This document shows positions 58,199 to 64,000 of a DNA stretch of 64,000 nucleotides, piece after piece. The stretch covers positions 8,500 to 72,499 of the forward strand of contig CAZKCV010000002.1 in the NCBI GenBank assembly GCA_964551605.1. Reading direction: 5' to 3'. Source of the stretch: an uncultured Gammaproteobacteria bacterium. GTDB taxonomy: Bacteria; Patescibacteriota; Microgenomatia; Daviesbacterales; UBA10151. A program made the position numbers and the translations under genes. The notes under the pieces are model-generated. The model searched no databases and was not told where the DNA came from. It saw only the letters and a program-made list of their open reading frames with translations. The first letter of the stretch is position 1. Every line of letters starts with the position of its first letter.

Positions 58199-59729
58199 GG
58201 TTCTTGCAAAAAGGTTTAAGTGTGGTTACATTAAAGGAGTGTTTAAAGCAATGTTAATTCTGGTAATTTTGGCATTTGTAGTCCGGATACTATTTATTTT
58301 CTCCGGCGGGGTTTCTTTCCACTACGACATGGCCCGGGATGCTTTTGAAGCAAAAGAAATATGGCAGGATTATAATCTGAAAATTCAAGGTCCGCCTACT
58401 TCCACACCCGGTCTTTTTCACGGTGTTTTTTATTACTATTTAATTGCTTCTTTCTATCTATTGGGCCAGGGGGATCCCAGGATAGTGGCAGTTTTTCTTT
58501 CATTACTTAATAGTTTAGTTATTATCCCAATCGTAATTTTGGCCAACAATCTTTTTAGGAGTAAAAAATGGGCCCTCCTTTCAGGCTTTCTCTTTGTAGT
58601 TTCCTTTGAGGCTACCCAGTATGCTCCCTGGATTTCAAACCCGGCACCGGCAGTACTAACAATTGCTTTATTTTTTCTGGGCCTTTACTGGTGGCAAAGG
58701 CAAAAAAATTACGGATTATATTTAGCGGTTTTATCAGCCGTTTTATCTGCCCAGTTTCAGTTCTTTTTAGTTTATATGCTGCTACTTCTTCCCCTGTTTG
58801 GAATTATTTTCAGAATCAGGACATCAGTAAAGGCAATCGGATTATCGTTGACGATAGTTTTATCGGGACTGCTGACTTTTATAGTAGCTGCAGTGAAGTT
58901 TCAGACAATTACCCAGATTCTTAAGGGATTTCTAAATGTTGGAGAAGCCGGTCCAATTGATTTCCGGACTCAGTTTGCGGAAAGTTTATTAAATTACCTC
59001 AACCGATTTACGGAAATTTTTATCTTTAATTTTTTTCCGACAAATGTTTTTATAGGAGGAATCCTGGCATTAGTGGTTTTATATGCCATAAGGCGCGAGC
59101 GGCTGCTGCTTTTTTTCCTTTTTTCCAACCTACCTATATTTATGTTCGGGGGCCATACCAATACTTATGCCAATGTCGGGTTGGTAGTCCCGGCAATTTT
59201 ATCCTTGACTTTGTTTTTGCGGAATATTTGGAAAATAGACAAAAGATTTGTCTATCTGATTATTGGTCTTAGTTTAATTTCCAACCTGGTAACAATTTTT
59301 AAGATAAATCCGGAAGGTCAAATAATCTTAGTTATCCCGAATGGTATGAACCTAAAAAATGAGTTTAAGTTAATAGATGAAACATACAAAATTGCCGCAG
59401 GTGAGAAATTCTCCGTCAATACCATTACTCTCCCGCTCTGGACCAATACCACTTGGGCTTATCTTTATGACTGGTATGGAAAGGGTAAATACGGATATGT
59501 GCCGCAGTTTCTCGGGCATGACCAGATCGGCTTATTGGGAGCTGGTGCTTTACGGAAAATTGATAAACCTCTTAATAGATCTTTCTTAATTATTGAACCA
59601 ACGGAAGGAATCCCGCCCAGATTTTACTCTGAAGAGTTGGATACGGAAAATAGCAGAACCAGATTGACTAAAGAAATAAATTATGGTTCCATTAAGCTTC
59701 AGGTCAGGGCCCCGCTAGAAAATGAATAG
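58158..59729 (+). CDS. polytopic membrane protein, GT-C-like glycosyltransferase paralog A
   Basis: 523 aa, ~12 TM. DMARD motif in first loop, C-terminal soluble domain with YGKGKYGYVPQF. Downstream ATGs at 58197 or 58248 are more likely true starts, since hairpin 2 lies inside the first 13 codons. Confidence 0.5.
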   Translation: MEENRGLLSPRKFMVLAKRFKCGYIKGVFKAMLILVILAFVVRILFIFSGGVSFHYDMARDAFEAKEIWQDYNLKIQGPPTSTPGLFHGVFYYYLIASFYLLGQGDPRIVAVFLSLLNSLVIIPIVILANNLFRSKKWALLSGFLFVVSFEATQYAPWISNPAPAVLTIALFFLGLYWWQRQKNYGLYLAVLSAVLSAQFQFFLVYMLLLLPLFGIIFRIRTSVKAIGLSLTIVLSGLLTFIVAAVKFQTITQILKGFLNVGEAGPIDFRTQFAESLLNYLNRFTEIFIFNFFPTNVFIGGILALVVLYAIRRERLLLFFLFSNLPIFMFGGHTNTYANVGLVVPAILSLTLFLRNIWKIDKRFVYLIIGLSLISNLVTIFKINPEGQIILVIPNGMNLKNEFKLIDETYKIAAGEKFSVNTITLPLWTNTTWAYLYDWYGKGKYGYVPQFLGHDQIGLLGAGALRKIDKPLNRSFLIIEPTEGIPPRFYSEELDTENSRTRLTKEINYGSIKLQVRAPLENE

Positions 59730-61257
59730 AAAATTACTGTTTTCAATTTTGTTAATTTTGTTGATTGGTATATTGTACCGACTGGTATTAACTGCCAACG
59801 GCAACTTTCTCTTTAATATGGATAATGCCCGGGACATGGTTGATGTCCGGGAAATGGTAGTTTTACCAAAACTTCGTCTGACAGGGCCGGCATCTGCCAT
59901 TGAAGGGTTCTATAATGGACCGGCCTGGTATTATTTGCTATCCATCCCCTTTTTGATATCCGGCGGAGATCCATATGCTTCGATTCTGTTGGAAATCGGT
60001 CTGTGGGCTTTAGGGGGATTTTTCCTGCTTAAATTAGTCAGCAGATGGGGTAATTGGCTGGTGGTGCCGGCAGGCGCTTTGTGGATTGCCTCAAATTATA
60101 TTGTCCTGACTAACCTTTATGCCTTCAATCCGAACCCGGTAACCTTGCTTTCACCCTTGTTTATATATTTACTGGTTGAATATTTAGAAAAAGGGAAATT
60201 GTTTTACATCATTACGGCCTGGTTTTTAGCAGGCTTATTTTTCAACTTCGAAATGAATTTCGGCATATTTACACCTTTTATTTTATTTGCTGCCGTTATT
60301 GCAACAGGTAACTTAAAACTTCTGAAACAAAAAGGATTCTGGGTAGGTGTAGGTTTTTTTATCCTGACCTTATTGCCACAGCTGGTTTTTGACTTAAAGC
60401 ACCAGTTTATTATGAGTAAAGCGGTTTTAAGGTATCTGTCAGAGGGTTCAGGTTCAGGGTTTGATCTATTAAACAGATTTCAGGTTATATCTTCAAGTTT
60501 TTATCAGACCTTTTTAGCCACCATGATGAACCATAAAATATTTACTCTCATCATTTTAATCTTTTCTTTGCCGGTAATTTACGGATTTTTCAAAGAGAAG
60601 AAAAAAGAGATTTCAGTCAGTGCAGTCTTACTGTTTATCCTGATTCCGTTTTTAGGTTATCTGATCTTACCGGTTACTGTTAACTCCTGGCATTTAGGCG
60701 GGGAAATGGCAGTTTCGTTGATCATGGTAGCTTTTATATTAAAGCAGTTAATGAGTGGGGGAATCATGAGTAAAGGCGTTTCATTGGTTTTATTGCTTGC
60801 AATTGTCTGGTTCGGATTTTTAAGTATCTTTGATTTTTTTGCACAAGACTTCGGAAGATCAAATTTGGACCCTTCCTTATATAAAAACGAAATAGCAGCC
60901 ATTGATTATGTTTACAAAAAGGCAGCCGGGCAAAATTTTAAGGTTTATACTTTTATGCCGTCAGTTTATGATTATCCCTATCAATATTTATTCTGGTGGT
61001 ACGGCCGGAAAAAATACGGATATATACCGGCAGAGTATGCATATGCTCCCAACAAGCCGCAGTATATTGGGAGCAAAGATAAATTTGAAGGATCAAAAGA
61101 TAACTTTAATGGCTTGATATTTTTAATTAAGGAACCAAACAGGGGGCATGATTGGAAAAGCGGTTGGGAGGCGGACTATAGATTTATGGAACTTTTATCT
61201 GTACAAGGATTGGGCTCTATTGATATAGAGATGAGGCGGGAAATCACGAAACAATAA
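59722..61257 (+). CDS. polytopic membrane protein, GT-C-like glycosyltransferase paralog B
   Basis: 511 aa, same architecture as paralog A (DNARD, YGRKKYGYIPAEY). Start overlaps the stop of paralog A. Confidence 0.5.
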   Translation: MNRKLLFSILLILLIGILYRLVLTANGNFLFNMDNARDMVDVREMVVLPKLRLTGPASAIEGFYNGPAWYYLLSIPFLISGGDPYASILLEIGLWALGGFFLLKLVSRWGNWLVVPAGALWIASNYIVLTNLYAFNPNPVTLLSPLFIYLLVEYLEKGKLFYIITAWFLAGLFFNFEMNFGIFTPFILFAAVIATGNLKLLKQKGFWVGVGFFILTLLPQLVFDLKHQFIMSKAVLRYLSEGSGSGFDLLNRFQVISSSFYQTFLATMMNHKIFTLIILIFSLPVIYGFFKEKKKEISVSAVLLFILIPFLGYLILPVTVNSWHLGGEMAVSLIMVAFILKQLMSGGIMSKGVSLVLLLAIVWFGFLSIFDFFAQDFGRSNLDPSLYKNEIAAIDYVYKKAAGQNFKVYTFMPSVYDYPYQYLFWWYGRKKYGYIPAEYAYAPNKPQYIGSKDKFEGSKDNFNGLIFLIKEPNRGHDWKSGWEADYRFMELLSVQGLGSIDIEMRREITKQ

Positions 61258-61663
61258 TCGTCCGGTTTTGATCATCCCCTTTTAGGATATTAATATTAAC
61301 AGCAGTTTCCGGTAATAAATCTTTAATTCTCTCTGCCCATTCAATCAGGACAATATTATCCGGGTTTGACCAGATTTCTTCCAGCCCCAAACTTTTTAAG
61401 TCTGCAGTATTTTCGAGACGATACAGGTCAATATGGTAGAGAACTCTTCGGGTGCCAGGTACCGGGTGTTGTCTGATTAAAACAAAAGTCGGGGAGATGA
61501 TTTTATCTTTAACCCCCAATCCTCTGGCAAAACCCTGGATAAAAACAGTTTTTCCTGCTCCCAGCTCACCGCTTAAAGCAAAGATATTTTCTTTGCTATT
61601 TTTTGCCAGATTTTCTGCTATTTGTTTTGTCTTTTCAGTTGAACTAGATTCGTATTTTGCCAT
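61244..61663 (-). CDS. tsaE: tRNA threonylcarbamoyladenosine biosynthesis protein TsaE (YjeE ATPase)
   Basis: LSGELGAGKTVFIQG Walker A and conserved SPTFVLI...Y.H.DLYR region. 139 aa. Confidence 0.75.
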   Translation of the reverse strand: MAKYESSSTEKTKQIAENLAKNSKENIFALSGELGAGKTVFIQGFARGLGVKDKIISPTFVLIRQHPVPGTRRVLYHIDLYRLENTADLKSLGLEEIWSNPDNIVLIEWAERIKDLLPETAVNINILKGDDQNRTIIVS

Positions 61664-62834
61664 TTTTGTAGTAAATATACCCTATTGAACTAACTCCGGC
61701 AATTATCAAGATTAATCCGGCCCAAAAAGCGGGGTTGGTCTGTTTTTGGCTTTTGATATCGACTTTAGTTTCTTTATTCAGAGGAGAAGCAGCGGTTGTT
61801 GCAGCTGCCACAGAGGCAATGCGATAGGTAAGTTTTCCGCTGCTTCTGGCCTGCATAGAAGAAGTACCTTTTGTTTTAGTTGAAGGTGAGCTGGCAGGGC
61901 TGGTAGCCGGAGAGGAAGCTGTGATAGTTTCTTCCGGTTGGTTTTCTACCGAAATAATTTTAATGGTTGATTCATTACTCCAGGTGGGCCCGGAGCCTGA
62001 GGCGGTATATCTGCCTACTTTAAAAACATAGTCCCCTGTTCCGGTAAAACCGGAATCACTGTCATCAGGCTTTGTTTCTAAAGTGCCTGACCAATTACCG
62101 GAAGAATCAGTGGTGATTTGGTGCTGGTTAGTAAAACTGCTGCTGTTTTTAACAAAGCTTCCGGAAACTAAAGTTTCCCCGAAATAATTGGAGCCATCAG
62201 GTTTCTTAAAAGCGCCCTTTAAATAAAATACTGTATTAGGATTAGATGGTAAGGAGAGGTTAACAGTAATATTAAATTGTTGATCAGAATTTATTTGGGA
62301 GGGGGTATTAGTTATGGTAAAAGAAGAAAGTGGTGTAGGTGTCGGGGTGGGGTTATTAGTAGGGGAAGGTGTGGAGATAGATGGAGGAAGAGAGTTAACA
62401 GTTATGGCAACAGAGTTATCTGCCCAAGAGTTACTTCCGCCTATGGTAAATCGTTTTAATCTTAATGTGTACATTCCGCTACCAGAAAATAAATTACTAT
62501 CTTGATCTAATTTTACTTTAACTATGCCGCTCCAATTTCCAGATTGATCAGTTGTTATTGATTTTAGCGTTAGGAAGTTGCTTGCTGTATATGGAACCCA
62601 TGAAGCATCGTTCCATGTTAGTCCAAAATAACTAGATGAATTTTCTTTTTTAAATGCTCCTTCTAAATAATATGTTTTATTATTTTGACCTTGAAGCGAT
62701 AAAATTACCGAAGTATCAATTTCTTGATTAAGATTAATGGTGGTCTGTGATGTGGTGAAGGTAAAACCGGCAAAGATACTACTAGGGAAAATTAAAATTC
62801 CCAATACTGCAAATAAAATTGCTAGTACAATCAC
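61644..62834 (-). CDS. cell-surface protein with two ~95-aa internal repeats and C-terminal TM anchor, hypothetical
   Basis: Signal peptide. Repeat units (YYLEGAFKKENSSSYFG...SGNWSG... / FYLKGAFKKPDGSNYFG...SGNWSG...). T/P-rich linker, C-terminal TM helix. Confidence 0.5.
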   Translation of the reverse strand: MIVLAILFAVLGILIFPSSIFAGFTFTTSQTTINLNQEIDTSVILSLQGQNNKTYYLEGAFKKENSSSYFGLTWNDASWVPYTASNFLTLKSITTDQSGNWSGIVKVKLDQDSNLFSGSGMYTLRLKRFTIGGSNSWADNSVAITVNSLPPSISTPSPTNNPTPTPTPLSSFTITNTPSQINSDQQFNITVNLSLPSNPNTVFYLKGAFKKPDGSNYFGETLVSGSFVKNSSSFTNQHQITTDSSGNWSGTLETKPDDSDSGFTGTGDYVFKVGRYTASGSGPTWSNESTIKIISVENQPEETITASSPATSPASSPSTKTKGTSSMQARSSGKLTYRIASVAAATTAASPLNKETKVDIKSQKQTNPAFWAGLILIIAGVSSIGYIYYKNGKIRI

Positions 62835-62864
62835 ATCTCTATAGTATCACAGGGGTGCTTCGCG

Positions 62865-64000
62865 TTAGGGGATGTGCCAATACAAAGTGACCATGCCGTT
62901 GTGGTGATCAATGGCTACACCTTTACCAATAGTCCCCGTATATTTGCTGCAAGGTTGTGAATCTGAGAATGCGTAACTGTCACCGCTGTCAGCAGCGTAA
63001 ATTGGGGCTCCCCAATAATTAGCAATATCTAAACCGGTATGTGTGCCCATAATATATTGTTGCCCGAACCTAGTTGAAATGTCACCATTATGACAACTTG
63101 GTCCATCATCGTAGCTACACGCGTCATTATCAGTATATTCTGCGACTGGCTTAGGGAATTTGCCTTGTTGAATATAGGGTCTAGGATCCACTCGGTGATC
63201 TAATCCCCAGCCGATTAGTTGGCCGGAGCTGTTATCGACTATTTTACCACCATCGATCTTTGCCGGTGTAATTACCTCAAAGTGTAAATGTGAACCTGTT
63301 GAGCAGCCGGTATTACCGACTGCTGCGATTCGGTCGCCTTTATTGACTGAACCAATTTTTGCTCCACCCAAGGCCAACGCTCTTGCTAAAGAATCGGCAT
63401 CTGCCTTTAATTTGGCTATTAATTGTTGGTATCTTGCCTCATCATTTTGAGTTTCTTTTAACAGTTGATCTTTGACTTTCTTCTGTTCAGCAAGTTGAGT
63501 TTTATATTTTTCCAAATCATTATTTAATCTTTCAGCTTCAACCTGCCTGGTTTGCTTATCTTCTTTTTGGTCATTATATGCAAGTTTTGTAGCCTGCAGC
63601 TCATATAGTTTTTTCTTATCATAAGCTTGGGCGACCTGAATATACTTTAATCTTTCCAAAAGATCGGCAAACCCGTGAGAGGAAAATAGCAGGTCAATAG
63701 TGGAAACAGCATTACTGTATTTATAAGTTTGGATAATTCTTTTTAATAGTATTTCTGATAATTTATCAAGGGTAGTGCCGATTCGGGTAATCCTATTGGA
63801 AAGATCATTTATTTCTCTCTCGAGTTTTTCTATCTTCAGATTAGTTTCTTCGATTTTTAAAGTAGTAATTTTAGTTTGGCCATCAATAAGGTTAAGTTGA
63901 GATTTGAGGGTTTTTTCCTGTTTTTGACTTTCAGCAAGTTGACTTTGTACTTTGGCAATTTCTTGGTGTTTTTGACAAAGCTCATCACATTCATCAGCGT
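62865..64000 (-). CDS. M23 family metallopeptidase (LytM-like) with N-terminal coiled-coil; 5' end beyond window
   Basis: C-terminal M23 motifs (HxxxD...GNTGCSTGSHLHFEV). Frame stays open on the minus strand to position 64000 with a long coiled-coil region; the track's 63659 start is a TTG. Confidence 0.7.
   Translation of the reverse strand, partial: ADECDELCQKHQEIAKVQSQLAESQKQEKTLKSQLNLIDGQTKITTLKIEETNLKIEKLEREINDLSNRITRIGTTLDKLSEILLKRIIQTYKYSNAVSTIDLLFSSHGFADLLERLKYIQVAQAYDKKKLYELQATKLAYNDQKEDKQTRQVEAERLNNDLEKYKTQLAEQKKVKDQLLKETQNDEARYQQLIAKLKADADSLARALALGGAKIGSVNKGDRIAAVGNTGCSTGSHLHFEVITPAKIDGGKIVDNSSGQLIGWGLDHRVDPRPYIQQGKFPKPVAEYTDNDACSYDDGPSCHNGDISTRFGQQYIMGTHTGLDIANYWGAPIYAADSGDSYAFSDSQPCSKYTGTIGKGVAIDHHNGMVTLYWHIP

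Overview
This window is 64 kb of compact, low-GC bacterial DNA with standard genetic code (TGA/TAA stops) and about 65 genes on both strands. All calls come from reading the translated ORFs and the DNA by eye; no database searches were run. Split transketolase, class I LysRS, class II RNR, an H+-pyrophosphatase and many small surface or secreted hypotheticals are reminiscent of small-genome uncultivated lineages (inference only).

Main blocks:
- 1-3.5 kb: pentose-phosphate genes (rpiB partial, rpe, split transketolase) plus a LOG-family protein.
- 3.5-5.2 kb: VKOR, DsbA and a ferric-reductase-like membrane protein, forming an extracytoplasmic disulfide module.
- 6.2-9.9 kb: two large convergent secreted hypotheticals.
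- 9.9-17 kb: a ten-gene copper-homeostasis island. It starts with a CsoR repressor behind a palindromic operator, followed by DUF1573-like and Cys-rich hypotheticals, a CcdA/DsbD-like protein, a Met-repeat protein and a small membrane protein. It ends with a cupredoxin-like protein, CopA, a membrane protein fused to a second cupredoxin-like domain, and CopZ.
- 17-26.6 kb: sugar kinase, FAD oxidase, an L,D-transpeptidase/D,D-carboxypeptidase pair, a 990-aa membrane-anchored LCAT-like lipase and a cyclophilin.
- 26.6-32.1 kb: an AdoCbl-dependent class II ribonucleotide reductase interrupted by a LAGLIDADG intein at its catalytic NPC|GEQ site. Its last ~14 codons are duplicated 115 bp downstream, separated by a densely palindromic ~100-nt element. 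Next come a RAYT-type (IS200-like) Y1 transposase bracketed by identical 40-bp hairpin repeats, then a cobO-like corrinoid adenosyltransferase.
- 32-37.4 kb: Lon, H+-PPase and a lipoprotein.
- 37.7-40.4 kb: a YerC/TrpR-like HTH gene bracketed by 26-bp palindromes, a convergent receiver/histidine-kinase pair and tRNA-Glu(CUC).
- 40.5-53 kb: greA, a class I lysK, serS, an ABC exporter, a Pro-rich membrane protein and secA.
- 53.4-64 kb: NAD(P)HX dehydratase, a glycosylation cluster (GT39-like, CofE-like, galE-like, two tandem GT-C-like paralogs behind a structured leader), tsaE, a surface repeat protein and a partial M23 peptidase.

The most interesting signals are the mobile-element scars around nrdJ and the unusual accessory genes of the copper island.
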